From positions 1-64,000 of the IMG/VR virus record IMGVR_UViG_3300035183_000733: a stretch of 64,000 nt of DNA. One strand, 5' to 3'. Within the stretch, counting starts at the first letter, position 1. Each line of letters starts with the position of its first letter. The notes beneath the pieces were generated by a model. The model had not been told where the DNA came from. It saw nothing but the letters and a program-made list of their open reading frames with translations, and did not search any database. The position numbers and the translations under genes are program-made. Positions 28,382-37,876 of the stretch are shown here, in pieces.

Positions 28382-30214
28382 ATGATCGCCGATAATGATA
28401 ATACGCAGATGGAAGAGCAACGCGATGTTGCCGAGGGCGAACAGACCAGGACGGAGGCTGTTGACAACGTGAGGCGACAGCTCGAGGAAATGGTAATGTA
28501 TGAGCCCATAACCGCCACCAACGTTGCGGCGGCGATAGAACTGGCCAGGATTAGCGGCAGCGATACATCCGAACTACGCGCCTTACAAACAACATCATCG
28601 GCAACCTCCGAGTGGGTCTCTATGGAATCGTACGGGGGCGGATACGAATCCGGCCTCGACGATTGGAACAACATTGGCACCGCGGAACCGCAGCCGGTGC
28701 GAGAGGATACCGAGGAGGAGAAAGCGGCCAAGTTCGCCGAGCGGCTCCGACTCGCCGAGGAACTGAAGATTAAAGTATTAAAAACAAAATCGAGGAAAAT
28801 GTCAAGAACACGCACCGTAATACTGGAAGAGATAGCCACCAGCGTCATCAACAACGTAGACAGCGCGCTTGCATCCATAACCGAGCAATCGACCCACGAA
28901 AATTTCGTGAGCTACTTGAGCTACTTGTCCGAGTATATGGACCGGTGCGACACGCACATAGATAACCAGATAAGCAAGGAACAGCTGAAGAAGAAGAAGC
29001 TTGCCGAGTCTATGCTTAGGAATAAGCCGGACATGCGGTCGAAACTGTTCTGTCCGATGGGGATAGAGTACACGTACCATCCAAAGATCAGAAGACCAAA
29101 AATAAAAGAATCTGCTATAAGCGAGAATTCCAGACTAAACAACATAGCCTACGCGGGCGGTAATATAAAGTTCAGGACCTACACAATGACTTTGGATTTA
29201 GATGGATCTCCAAGATTTACTCCTAATCAAATAGAATCCACGGAACAGACCACACCAGAGAACACGGAACGTCAAGAAATACCTGATGACTTATTGTCTG
29301 CGAAGCTTGCTACAGAGGATCCAGTCGCGGAGGAACAACCACAGGAGCCAGAGCCGGTGGCACCTAACCCCAATTACGAGCCATCTGTATTCTCCCGCGG
29401 GAATAGACGAGATACATTGGACAAAATAGTGACGAGGATATTGACGAGGATAAATGAAGTCAAGCGGGCCACCGGTCTCTATCCGGAGGCAAGGGTATAC
29501 GCGGACAACGGCGTCGTAGAGGTGTGCTCTCCGGTGCACCGAGACTGGAAGTCCATGCGAGAATGGTACAGGTGGATGGTGAACGAGCTCGGCTCCTCTG
29601 TGACTGTCATAAACAAGAAGAAGGGTAGCGGTGGCGGACACATCAACTGCGCCATGCCAAAAAAACTGAAGGAGAAGTTCATGTACAACCTGCTCGTGGA
29701 CATCGGCAACAGGCCGTACCTCAACTGGATATTCAATGACCCGAGCGATAACCACACAGCCAACTGCATGTGGGACTCTAAGGATATGCAGCGCATCTAC
29801 GAGCACGTACACAAAAACAAAGAGAAGTGGGACGCCGACGACAGCGACTTCATAAGTACCTTGGGCGAACTGATAACTCTCACCAACTCAAGAGGCTTCG
29901 CCATCAGAGTGAAATCTGAATACCACTTCGAGTTCAGGTGTTTCGACGCCATAAGAAACGAGCGGGACCTCGAGGACATTGTCATATTCGTTAGTGAGTA
30001 CATGCGCAGCATATACTCCATGACAGTAGCGGGTAACATGTTTGACAGCATCGGTGGGACCACGGATGACCTCCCGAATTTTGCGGCCACTGCCCGGACA
30101 GATTTCAACAGGCTGCTGCGGAAAATTGGGCTCGATCCGGAAAATTACCGCAGGTTCATCGACCGCAATTTCGAGGTTCGGCGGAAAGTTTATGGAAAAA
30201 ATAACCTCATTTGA
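28382..30214 (+). CDS. putative amidoligase (COOH-NH2 ligase) with acidic N-terminal extension
   Basis: VEVCSPV, GGGHIN, FEFRCFD; alternative start at ATG ~28800. Confidence 0.55.
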   Translation: MIADNDNTQMEEQRDVAEGEQTRTEAVDNVRRQLEEMVMYEPITATNVAAAIELARISGSDTSELRALQTTSSATSEWVSMESYGGGYESGLDDWNNIGTAEPQPVREDTEEEKAAKFAERLRLAEELKIKVLKTKSRKMSRTRTVILEEIATSVINNVDSALASITEQSTHENFVSYLSYLSEYMDRCDTHIDNQISKEQLKKKKLAESMLRNKPDMRSKLFCPMGIEYTYHPKIRRPKIKESAISENSRLNNIAYAGGNIKFRTYTMTLDLDGSPRFTPNQIESTEQTTPENTERQEIPDDLLSAKLATEDPVAEEQPQEPEPVAPNPNYEPSVFSRGNRRDTLDKIVTRILTRINEVKRATGLYPEARVYADNGVVEVCSPVHRDWKSMREWYRWMVNELGSSVTVINKKKGSGGGHINCAMPKKLKEKFMYNLLVDIGNRPYLNWIFNDPSDNHTANCMWDSKDMQRIYEHVHKNKEKWDADDSDFISTLGELITLTNSRGFAIRVKSEYHFEFRCFDAIRNERDLEDIVIFVSEYMRSIYSMTVAGNMFDSIGGTTDDLPNFAATARTDFNRLLRKIGLDPENYRRFIDRNFEVRRKVYGKNNLI

Positions 30215-30258
30215 GGGAAAAATTTTCACAATTATGTTCACGATTCAAAAAAAGCTCG

Positions 30259-30266
30259 TACATTTG
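30259..30266 (+). promoter_or_regulatory. Bacteroidota housekeeping promoter -7 element TAnnTTTG
   Basis: TACATTTG; also ~17791, 31869, 42081, 46514, 51892. Confidence 0.65.
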
Positions 30267-30298
30267 TATCGTTAAATAATAAACAAAGTTCAGAAACT

Positions 30299-30475
30299 AT
30301 GGCAAAAACAGCTAAAAAGTCGACAGCAAAAAAAGCTAAGGCTACTAAAAAAGCAAAGCCTGCGGCTAAGAAAGCTGCGGTAAAGAAAACTGCTAAACCT
30401 GCGAAGAAGAGCACGCCGAAGGCGAAGGCTACTCCGAAGGCTGAGCCAGCGAAGAAGGAAACTTCACCTCGCTAA
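30299..30475 (+). CDS. 58-aa histone H1-like Lys/Ala/Pro-rich protein
   Basis: MAKTAKKSTAKKAKATKKAKPAAKKAAVKKTAKPAKK...; below ORF-track cutoff. Confidence 0.75.
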   Translation: MAKTAKKSTAKKAKATKKAKPAAKKAAVKKTAKPAKKSTPKAKATPKAEPAKKETSPR

Positions 30476-30650
30476 GCTCAAAAAGGTTGTGTGACGTCGC
30501 TGAGGGAACCCAGTGGACACAGAGGATTATCGTTCCATTCCAGATTGACCATCCTCAAGCAACACTCTCCTGAAAACTGGCGTACGCCCGGAGCAATCCG
30601 GGCCGCGGCCAAGCTGAGTCTCTTAGCCCCCTAAGGCTCAGCGGAACATT

Positions 30651-30777
30651 TGTCGAGTACAACTGGAGGTCAAGCGCTGATCAAAGGTGGTCCTGACGGG
30701 AAGCAGCAGTCTAATTAACTGCTGGAGCCCGATCAAACTCAGCAAAGGAAGTGCGGGTTCGAATCCCGCCTCGACGG
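30651..30777 (+). ncRNA. enlarged tRNA-like RNA (127 nt)
   Basis: TGTCGAG/CTCGACG acceptor, GCGGG-TTCGAAT-CCCGC T arm, multi-hairpin interior. Confidence 0.6.
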
Positions 30778-30958
30778 CAGTGCAAGAACTACGGTGAACA
30801 TGGGTTCGTCCCTCCGCCGTAGTTTTTAAAAATGAATTAAAAACCGAAACAATTCGGGATATATAGAGTATAAAGATAAGATTGTTCTACCTTATTCCCA
30901 ACAAATGGCAGATATACAAACAGGGACTTGCCAGGTAAAATAGTCGAACTAAAAAGAC

Positions 30959-31045
30959 ATGAAGAAGTATAACGCATATCAGCAGTATAATCAAAATCAG
31001 AATCAAAGTTCTGGGCTGAGCGTTATTTCCCCATTTGAAAAGTAG
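30959..31045 (+). CDS. attenuator leader peptide (Tyr/Asn/Gln-rich, 28 aa)
   Basis: MKKYNAYQQYNQNQNQSSGLSVISPFEK*. Confidence 0.85.
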   Translation: MKKYNAYQQYNQNQNQSSGLSVISPFEK

Positions 31046-31065
31046 TAACACACTATACAACGCGT

Positions 31066-31097
31066 AAAAGGCCCAGGACAAAATCCTGGGTCTTTTT
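31066..31097 (+). terminator. attenuator terminator of the Asn/Tyr/Gln tRNA operon
   Basis: GGCCCAGGA-CAAAA-TCCTGGGTC-TTTTT. Confidence 0.85.
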
Positions 31098-31101
31098 ACT
31101 T

Positions 31102-31190
31102 GGGTGGATTACCGTAGAGGCCGAACGGTCCAGACTGTTAATCTGGTGTGACGACGAGTCCCATCGCAGGTTCGAATCCTGCTCCGCCCG
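31102..31190 (+). tRNA. tRNA-Asn(GTT), long variable arm
   Basis: CCAGA-CT-GTT-AA-TCTGG, G73. Confidence 0.9.
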
Positions 31191-31226
31191 CAAAAATAGG
31201 TCCGACACGGGTAGATAGTAAATTAT

Positions 31227-31300
31227 GGACATGTAGCTCAGCAGGTCAGAGCAGCTCACTGTTAATGAGAAGGCCGGGGGTTCGAATCCCTCCTTGTCCG
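31227..31300 (+). tRNA. tRNA-Asn(GTT)
   Basis: cloverleaf. Confidence 0.95.
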
Positions 31301-31305
31301 CAAAT

Positions 31306-31380
31306 TTCTTGGGTGAGTCGGCTGTTTATTACGCGCGCAGCTGACGGTTGGAAGAAGAGGTTCGAGTCCTCCCTAAGGAG
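31306..31380 (+). ncRNA. D-armless tRNA-like element
   Basis: TTCTTGG/CTAAGGA, GAGG-TTCGAGT-CCTC, single GTCGGCTG/CAGCTGAC arm. Confidence 0.4.
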
Positions 31381-31390
31381 CAACAAATAT

Positions 31391-31480
31391 GGGTGTACGG
31401 TCGCGACGGTGGAGCGACCCCAGTCTGTAAAACTGGGACATTTAAAGAAACGCCGGGGGTTCGAAATCCCTCTACACCCA
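31391..31480 (+). tRNA. tRNA-Tyr(GTA)
   Basis: CCAGT-CT-GTA-AA-ACTGG; 8-nt T loop. Confidence 0.85.
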
Positions 31481-31485
31481 CACAT

Positions 31486-31567
31486 TGAGGAGCGCTAACG
31501 TTGGAGAGTTAGACCAGTCTGTAAAACTGGTGCTTCGGCTGAGTGGGTTCGAATCCCATCTCCTCAA
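31486..31567 (+). tRNA. tRNA-Tyr(GTA)
   Basis: cloverleaf with class II arm. Confidence 0.9.
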
Positions 31568-31574
31568 CTTAAAT

Positions 31575-31658
31575 TGTCCGATCGCCTAATGGCATGGCGC
31601 CGGGTTTTGGCCCCGGTGGGAAGTAATTCCTGTGTAGGTTCGACCCCTGCTCGGACAA
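31575..31658 (+). tRNA. tRNA-Gln(TTG), long variable arm
   Basis: CCGGG-TT-TTG-GC-CCCGG; GGGAA-GTAA-TTCCT arm. Confidence 0.9.
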
Positions 31659-31776
31659 CAAGACATCGACAGAGGTACTCGTCCGCAGACGTGTGGAAAA
31701 GTGTGTGCTTGCGACCATTAAAGTCTCTGTGTATCCCAATAGGTAGGAAGTAATTACTCTGAATGATTGGGAATAC

Positions 31777-31849
31777 TGTCCTGTAGTGTAACTGGCAACA
31801 CGTCGGGTTTTGGCCCCGAAGATTCCAGGTTCGAACCCTGGTGGGACAA
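31777..31849 (+). tRNA. tRNA-Gln(TTG)
   Basis: cloverleaf. Confidence 0.95.
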
Positions 31850-31887
31850 CAAAACGAAATTTATTTCGTATCTTTGAAGTATTATAT

Positions 31888-31960
31888 TGTCCTGTAGTTC
31901 AACTGGCAGAGCGCCTGATTCTGGATCAGGATGTTGGAGGTTCGAACCCTCCCGGGACAA
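31888..31960 (+). tRNA. tRNA-Gln(CTG)
   Basis: CCTGA-TT-CTG-GA-TCAGG. Confidence 0.95.
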
Positions 31961-32045
31961 CATGGGAATTAAGAACAACAATTAGTAGATAGATGCTGTA
32001 ATCCTAAATACACACAAAAGACTGGTGGCGGATATATTTGGAAAT

Positions 32046-33587
32046 ATGAGCATAATAACTAAAAAAGATTCGGGGAGGGTACGCGTACGTTTCGCGCCCT
32101 CCCCTACGGGACCCCTGCACTTAGGAGGGATCAGGACCGCATTATACAACTACCTGTTTGCTAAGAAGCACGGCGGCGATTTCATACTTCGCATCGAAGA
32201 TACCGATGCGATGAGGTTCGTGCCAGGCGCCGAAGAGTATATCATCGAAGCGCTGAAGTGGTGCGGTATATCGCCCAACGAAGGCGTTGGATTTGGCGAT
32301 GGTCCGCATGCACCATACAGGCAGTCGGAGAGAAAATCCATTTACAAGGAATACGCTATTAAGCTCGTGGAGCTCGGCCATGCATACTATGCGTTTGATA
32401 CTGGGGTATCGCTCGAAGAGAGACGCGCTGTCAACAAGAATTTTATGTATAACGGGGTGACTCGCGAGTCGCTGAGAAATAGTTTGACGTTGTCTTCTGA
32501 TGAGGTGAAATCGCTATTAGACTCGGAGACGCCGTACGTTATTCGGTTTAAGATACCGCGCAACACCGAGGTCGTGGTTAACGACATAGTTCGTGGTGCA
32601 ATAAGGGTCAACACGAACACGCTCGACGACAAGGTATTGTTCAAGAGTGACGGCATGCCTACTTACCACCTGGCGAACATTGTGGATGACCATCTCATGG
32701 GGATCACCCATGTAATCCGAGGTGAGGAGTGGTTGCCGTCTGCCCCGCTGCACGTTCTTTTGTACGAGGCTCTCGAGTGGGACGCCCCAGAGTTCTGCCA
32801 CCTTGCGTTGATACTTGGGCCTAACGGCAAGATGAGCAAGCGCGACATGGATTCTCTCGGGTTCCCAGTGTACCCGCTTGATTGGACAGATCCCAACACG
32901 GGGGAAAAGGCATCCGGATACCGTGAGATGGGATTCCTACCGGAAGCGTTCATCAACATGCTTGCGTTCATCGGATGGAACCCCGGCAACGGCAAGGAGA
33001 TAATGGGTCTCGACGAGATGGCAGAGGTGTTCGACCTCAGGAAGGTTCAGAGAGCTGGTGCCAAGTTCGACCCAAAGAAGGCGGAGTGGTACAGCAAGGA
33101 GTACATGAGGGTCGCTGACGACGCCGTGCTCGTCGAGAAGTGGATACCGGATCTGTGGGATAACGTTGATAAAAGCATTCCGCTTTCTCGCGTTTCTTCC
33201 GAGTACCGCACGAAGGTCGTCCACTTACTGAAGGAGAAGGTGGCATATCTCGGAAAGTTTTGGGAGAACGGCAGTTACTTCTTTATTGATCCAACCGATA
33301 TGTCGGTGCTCGATGAGTTGGCCGCGTCTAATGATAAGGTAACTCCGTTTATATTAAGCATGATGTCTAAGCTGATCGCCGATGATGTATTCGATATGAC
33401 TACCACTAAGGCTTGCTTTGATTCTGCCATAGCAGAATCCGGCATTGAGCCGCGCGAGGCCGGTAAGGCATTGCGTGCTGCAGTTTGCGGCAACAAAGTG
33501 GGGCCGCCGATGTTCGACATATTGGTGGTGCTCGGAAAGAACACCACGTTGTCTCGTCTTAAGAACTGCGCAACTGCACGAAGCTAA
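32046..33587 (+). CDS. gltX: glutamyl-tRNA synthetase
   Basis: RFAPSPTGPLHLGG, LRIEDTD, HVIRGEEW, KMSKR. Confidence 0.95.
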   Translation: MSIITKKDSGRVRVRFAPSPTGPLHLGGIRTALYNYLFAKKHGGDFILRIEDTDAMRFVPGAEEYIIEALKWCGISPNEGVGFGDGPHAPYRQSERKSIYKEYAIKLVELGHAYYAFDTGVSLEERRAVNKNFMYNGVTRESLRNSLTLSSDEVKSLLDSETPYVIRFKIPRNTEVVVNDIVRGAIRVNTNTLDDKVLFKSDGMPTYHLANIVDDHLMGITHVIRGEEWLPSAPLHVLLYEALEWDAPEFCHLALILGPNGKMSKRDMDSLGFPVYPLDWTDPNTGEKASGYREMGFLPEAFINMLAFIGWNPGNGKEIMGLDEMAEVFDLRKVQRAGAKFDPKKAEWYSKEYMRVADDAVLVEKWIPDLWDNVDKSIPLSRVSSEYRTKVVHLLKEKVAYLGKFWENGSYFFIDPTDMSVLDELAASNDKVTPFILSMMSKLIADDVFDMTTTKACFDSAIAESGIEPREAGKALRAAVCGNKVGPPMFDILVVLGKNTTLSRLKNCATARS

Positions 33588-33605
33588 TGAGTACTATGCC
33601 GTATA

Positions 33606-34271
33606 TCAAGCCGCGCTATTCTTGATTCTTCGAGTCCACTTCTTTCTGACCTTCTTTATGTTCAGTAAAAGATTTCTCTCTTTTTTAATCATGTTGTCGA
33701 CCTTGCTTATTGTGGTACCCAGTTCCTTCGCGATGTCTTTCATTATCACGTCACCCCGATGCTTAAGTATTATGTTTAACGCCGGGTATTTGTTCGGACA
33801 TTTACGTAGCACATGCTTGGCCTTGTCGAGCTTGTCGAGCTGTACATCGTACTTTTTTCGGACCATCTCCTTTACCTGAAAGTGTATGTTTGAGTCTATG
33901 CCGGCATACCTCCTATACACGGACATGGTCTCGTTGCCCGAGAGGTGTAACTTGACATCCTCACATCTGTCGTACTTTGAATCTTGTTTGATCCATTGCA
34001 AGCACTCCATGTATGCTATATGATGCAGCCAAGTGGTGAATTTAGACTTGGTCTTGTCAAATTTTTTATGATACTGTAACAACCGCAAGAATGTCTGCGA
34101 CACTATATCGTCAGCAACTATAGGCCCCACTTTATTTGCTGCAAAATGCCGAATTTTCGACCCGAACACCTCGAACGCCATACCGACGAGCTCGGGGTCC
34201 TCGGCAATGCCATCTTGTATTATCCTTACCTTGTCTTTGTCCATAAGCATTATATCGCGACCATGACGCAT
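33606..34271 (-). CDS. sigma-70 (ECF-like) sigma factor
   Basis: DDIVSQTFLRL...FDKTKSKFTTWLHHIA; C-terminal HTH IAKELG. Confidence 0.8.
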   Translation of the reverse strand: MRHGRDIMLMDKDKVRIIQDGIAEDPELVGMAFEVFGSKIRHFAANKVGPIVADDIVSQTFLRLLQYHKKFDKTKSKFTTWLHHIAYMECLQWIKQDSKYDRCEDVKLHLSGNETMSVYRRYAGIDSNIHFQVKEMVRKKYDVQLDKLDKAKHVLRKCPNKYPALNIILKHRGDVIMKDIAKELGTTISKVDNMIKKERNLLLNIKKVRKKWTRRIKNSAA

Positions 34272-34340
34272 GTTTCGCGTATGAATATTGGTTATATTGG
34301 TAGATAAATATAGGGCGCTGATAAATTAAATACAAACAAC

Positions 34341-34655
34341 ATGGCAAAAGAGATTACAGATTCAAACTTCGCAGAGATTATAGGCCAGGACAAATTGGTC
34401 GTGGTTGACTTCTGGGCGGAATGGTGCGGCCCCTGCCGCATAGTTGGGCCGGTAGTAGAGGACCTCGCCAACGATTACGAGGGACGGGCGGTGATAGGCA
34501 AGGTTGACGTCGATACAAACCCGGAGACGTCTTTGAAGTATGGAATACGTAACATCCCTACGATCCTCTTCATCAAAGACGGACAGGTTGTCGACAAACA
34601 AGTAGGCGTGGCTCCGAAGTCGGTGCTCGAAGAAAAAATAAAGCGGCACCTGTGA
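34341..34655 (+). CDS. trxA: thioredoxin
   Basis: VDFWAEWCGPC. Confidence 0.95.
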   Translation: MAKEITDSNFAEIIGQDKLVVVDFWAEWCGPCRIVGPVVEDLANDYEGRAVIGKVDVDTNPETSLKYGIRNIPTILFIKDGQVVDKQVGVAPKSVLEEKIKRHL

Positions 34656-34924
34656 TGGTCTGGACTGAAGATAAGAAGGAGAAGGCTTAGCCGAACTCAT
34701 TAAGTACTTCGAGAAGCACGGCATCGGTGAGTGCATACAGCAGAGCGACTCTGCCATAATAGAGGCGCCCGATGTTCTAAGCCACATAGCCGATCGGATT
34801 CCCTCTCCCTCTTTCAGAATAAATTATCAGGAAACCGAGGAATATAAAGTCATAGAATCGTGTCGGTACGACCGAGTGCGCGCACGATGACATTAAAAAG
34901 CCCCAGATTGCTCTGGGCTTTTTG

Positions 34925-35809
34925 TTATTTAGTATCCTTGTTAAAATTCTCGAACATCTTCAGGTGCCTCATCTCGTACCTGTGTCCCTCGTGCGCGACC
35001 GGCTCCTTGAAATTTATCACACCGGCCTTCAGTAGGTCAGACCAGGATCCCGCGCTGTCTTCCGCGTCGTCGGTCTGAGGCATCACGCTCCGGTCTGGTG
35101 CGTCCTTAACCGGCTGAGAGGTCTTTTGCATGTTGCTTACGTTGCCCCAGATGTAATCGGCGGACTCGTCTTTGCCGCCATGCTCTATCTTTTTGTTGTC
35201 GTTCAGCACTTGCACCGTGGTGTCCGATATTTTTGAAATGACGTAAGTCTTGAGCTTGCGCTCGCTTATCTTTAGCAGGTTATCGCCCTCCACCCTTGCC
35301 ACTGGGAGATCCTTTAATTTGGCGACTATCGCCATCTGCACGGCCTTCAATACGGTCAGCGGATCCTCGTCAATAGTCATGTTCAGCGCGATCATAGTCG
35401 CATGGTCGTTCATGACGTAAACCCGTGACCACCTGTGGTGACCGTCTATGATATACTTGCCATTCAGTGTTATTATCGGAGCCTTGATGACTATCTCTTT
35501 GCCCTTGAGTATCTCTCCGAGCTGACCCGGGAATTTGCCCTCGAGCTGGAATTTGAGGGACTTGTCCACATCTATCTCGTTCTGCGTGGGGTGCAGTTTC
35601 CTCACCGGTATCTCTATCTTCGTGAACGATACCCTCTCGTCGCCGAGCTTCCCGTCGCGCCTCCCGGCCCTTATGGCGGCAACGATCTTATCGTCGTCGG
35701 CCATCTCGCCGAGCTCCTTTACGAACTCCTCGTAGCTGAGGTTTAGGAGGTTCTTAAGTTTGTGGAGCGCCTCCGGCTTGGCGGTGGCACCTGGTCCTTT
35801 TTCTGCCAT
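34925..35809 (-). CDS. ParB/Srx-like domain protein with C-terminal targeting-like motif
   Basis: LHPTQNEID...YIIDGHHRW; ends MRHLKMFENFNKDTK. Confidence 0.7.
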   Translation of the reverse strand: MAEKGPGATAKPEALHKLKNLLNLSYEEFVKELGEMADDDKIVAAIRAGRRDGKLGDERVSFTKIEIPVRKLHPTQNEIDVDKSLKFQLEGKFPGQLGEILKGKEIVIKAPIITLNGKYIIDGHHRWSRVYVMNDHATMIALNMTIDEDPLTVLKAVQMAIVAKLKDLPVARVEGDNLLKISERKLKTYVISKISDTTVQVLNDNKKIEHGGKDESADYIWGNVSNMQKTSQPVKDAPDRSVMPQTDDAEDSAGSWSDLLKAGVINFKEPVAHEGHRYEMRHLKMFENFNKDTK

Positions 35810-35871
35810 GTTTAACTGGTTCAATTTTATTATATATCCAGCGATATATACATAAATTAACTCAAGCAGAG

Positions 35872-36102
35872 ATGAAGAAACTTGGACAATTACTCGAGAA
35901 TTTCGACCAGACAAGGGTGCTCGAACTCATAGCCCAGATAGAGGCTGCACAGCAGGCAATGCAAGGAGCAGTGGCTTCCGTGAAGCTCGTGGAGGAAGAG
36001 CTCAGGGCAAACGGTCTCGGGTCGGTGGCAGAGAAGCTATCCGCGCTCGACTGGAACACCATCGACAGCATCAAGGAAGAGCTGCGCAATCAAGTCGCTT
36101 AA
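35872..36102 (+). CDS. small helical protein
   Basis: MKKLGQLLENF; GATATATA upstream. Confidence 0.7.
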   Translation: MKKLGQLLENFDQTRVLELIAQIEAAQQAMQGAVASVKLVEEELRANGLGSVAEKLSALDWNTIDSIKEELRNQVA

Positions 36103-36105
36103 ACC

Positions 36106-36429
36106 ATGAAGAACCTCAAGAAATACGAGGGCTTTGCCGGAGAGGATGACAACCTCAGCCACGGCAAGAACTACATGCTCATATCCAACCTCAAGAAGAT
36201 TAAGAGGATGGCATCGTACCTGCTCGACCGTGTTGATGATGAAGCTGACGTGGACGAGTGGGCGAAGGACCACATAGCCACATCGGCGGACGACATCGAG
36301 GAGGTGTACAATTTCATAAAGGGTAAGGAGGACGAGCCTGATGAACTGGTATCCGATTCGGAGAAACTGGATGACATTCCGGCCAGCATACCCGTGTCGA
36401 GCAGGCGAGGGAGACCGCGTATAAACTAA
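36106..36429 (+). CDS. small virion-type protein with targeting-like leader
   Basis: MKNLKKYEGFAGE; WAKDHIATSADDIEEVYNF. Confidence 0.7.
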   Translation: MKNLKKYEGFAGEDDNLSHGKNYMLISNLKKIKRMASYLLDRVDDEADVDEWAKDHIATSADDIEEVYNFIKGKEDEPDELVSDSEKLDDIPASIPVSSRRGRPRIN

Positions 36430-36566
36430 TGGAAGTTGCAAACCATCCGTACAAGGGAACAAATGAAGCACCTAAAGGCACTCCGCGCACGTAGACGAGA
36501 TGGCGATGATTACCAAGAAAGGTAAGAACGTCTACGTCGATAGCAGGCTGATAAAGGGACTCCAAC

Positions 36567-36851
36567 GTGAAGGAGCTCGAGGACAACGTCGCTCTGTATC
36601 ACGAGAAGACCGGTAATTGGATGGTGTCCAAGGGCAAGTTCTGGCTTTGGTTTGTCGACACAACAGAGTGGATAGAGAAGCTCAAGGCCGGGGAGTACGA
36701 CATGCTCATGTTCCCGTGGCGCAGACGGTTCGACTTTACGGCGGCGCCGATAACTGACGTTTGGAAGAAGAGTATGCAGAAGAATACGAGAGGTGCTGAG
36801 CATGTGATAGGACTCGTGGAAGGATTCGCTGACGAGGATAAGACGAAGTGA
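36567..36851 (+). CDS. hypothetical protein (5' part likely frameshifted)
   Basis: ORF followed by terminator. Confidence 0.5.
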   Translation: MKELEDNVALYHEKTGNWMVSKGKFWLWFVDTTEWIEKLKAGEYDMLMFPWRRRFDFTAAPITDVWKKSMQKNTRGAEHVIGLVEGFADEDKTK

Positions 36852-36950
36852 CCGATGGAAATAAGGAAGCCTGACAAAACGTCAGGCTTTTTCATTTGGC
36901 GCAGTTTGTGTATCTTGGTATAAAACTTTTAAAATAAAACTTTTACACAG

Positions 36951-37352
36951 ATGTTCGACGACAAATTTTTCGATGAGGTGTTTGCCAGTTTCGGCAAAAC
37001 CATGAAGTCTATAGAAGACGAGGCCAGCAAGTTCCGGAAGAGAATGGAAGAGCGCATGAAGGAGGTCATGGACCTCCCGCAGATGTTCGGCAAGCCGTAC
37101 AACTACAAGGTTGAGACCGGCGAGGACGCCAACAGCACCTGGAAGCAGGAGACCTGGACGGACAAGTCGGGCATGTTCAAGTACAGCCGCAAGACGGTGA
37201 CGGCCAAGACCGGCTCGAAGATGACCAAGGAGGACGAGGTGAAGGCGCCGACCGTCGACGAGCTTAAGGCCAAGATGGAGGAGCACGCGAAGAACCACGA
37301 GTATGAGAAGGCGGCCGAGCTGAGGGACATCATAAAGGAGATGTCAAAATAA
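36951..37352 (+). CDS. protein with C-terminal UVR (UvrB/C) motif
   Basis: KMEEHAKNHEYEKAAELRDII. Confidence 0.75.
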   Translation: MFDDKFFDEVFASFGKTMKSIEDEASKFRKRMEERMKEVMDLPQMFGKPYNYKVETGEDANSTWKQETWTDKSGMFKYSRKTVTAKTGSKMTKEDEVKAPTVDELKAKMEEHAKNHEYEKAAELRDIIKEMSK

Positions 37353-37533
37353 ATTAAGGGGCTTAACGCCCCTTTATTATTCTATAAGTATCTTGTATCA
37401 TCCCGGATTCGTCCAACCCGAATGCGAGCATCATGGGGTTCTCCAGGTCCTGTGATTTTATCACCACGAGGTAATCCCCTGTGCGTTTGTATATTTCGGC
37501 CCCCCGCTTATCAGTATGACGTGATGGTGCAGC

Positions 37534-37674
37534 TTAGGCTTCAGGACAGTGAAGTCGCCGGTGCCGATGGCTTGGATTAGGCGCACGGAGTTGGAATTTG
37601 GTGGTGTCCTCGGTCCCCGATTTGGCGACCATGGGGGGCAGCGCGAGTGCCAGTATAATGAACAATTTCTTCAT
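37534..37674 (-). CDS. small secreted or membrane peptide (approximate)
   Basis: MKKLFIILALAL signal-like start; promoter motif on - strand at 37686. Confidence 0.35.
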   Translation of the reverse strand: MKKLFIILALALPPMVAKSGTEDTTKFQLRAPNPSHRHRRLHCPEA

Positions 37675-37723
37675 CCCTTTTAATATATATATCGAAAGCA
37701 TTTTAAAATAACCCAACCATGAG

Positions 37724-37870
37724 ATGGCAAAGAAGTCGTTAAGCGCGCCGGTGAGGACACACCTGGCAAAGCCTAAAAAGAAAAGGGCAGGAGTCCACGC
37801 CAAGAGCAAGAGCTCCAAGATTAAGCGCTCGAAAAACTACAAGAAGCCGTACAAGGGACAGGGTAGATAA
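37724..37870 (+). CDS. 48-aa highly basic protein
   Basis: MAKKSL...KKKRAGVHAKSKSSKIKRSKNYKKPYKGQGR*. Confidence 0.7.
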   Translation: MAKKSLSAPVRTHLAKPKKKRAGVHAKSKSSKIKRSKNYKKPYKGQGR

Positions 37871-37876
37871 TACACC

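Noticed and set aside
30651-30777. tRNA-Sec
   Set aside because: No TCA anticodon loop and a 7-bp acceptor stem.
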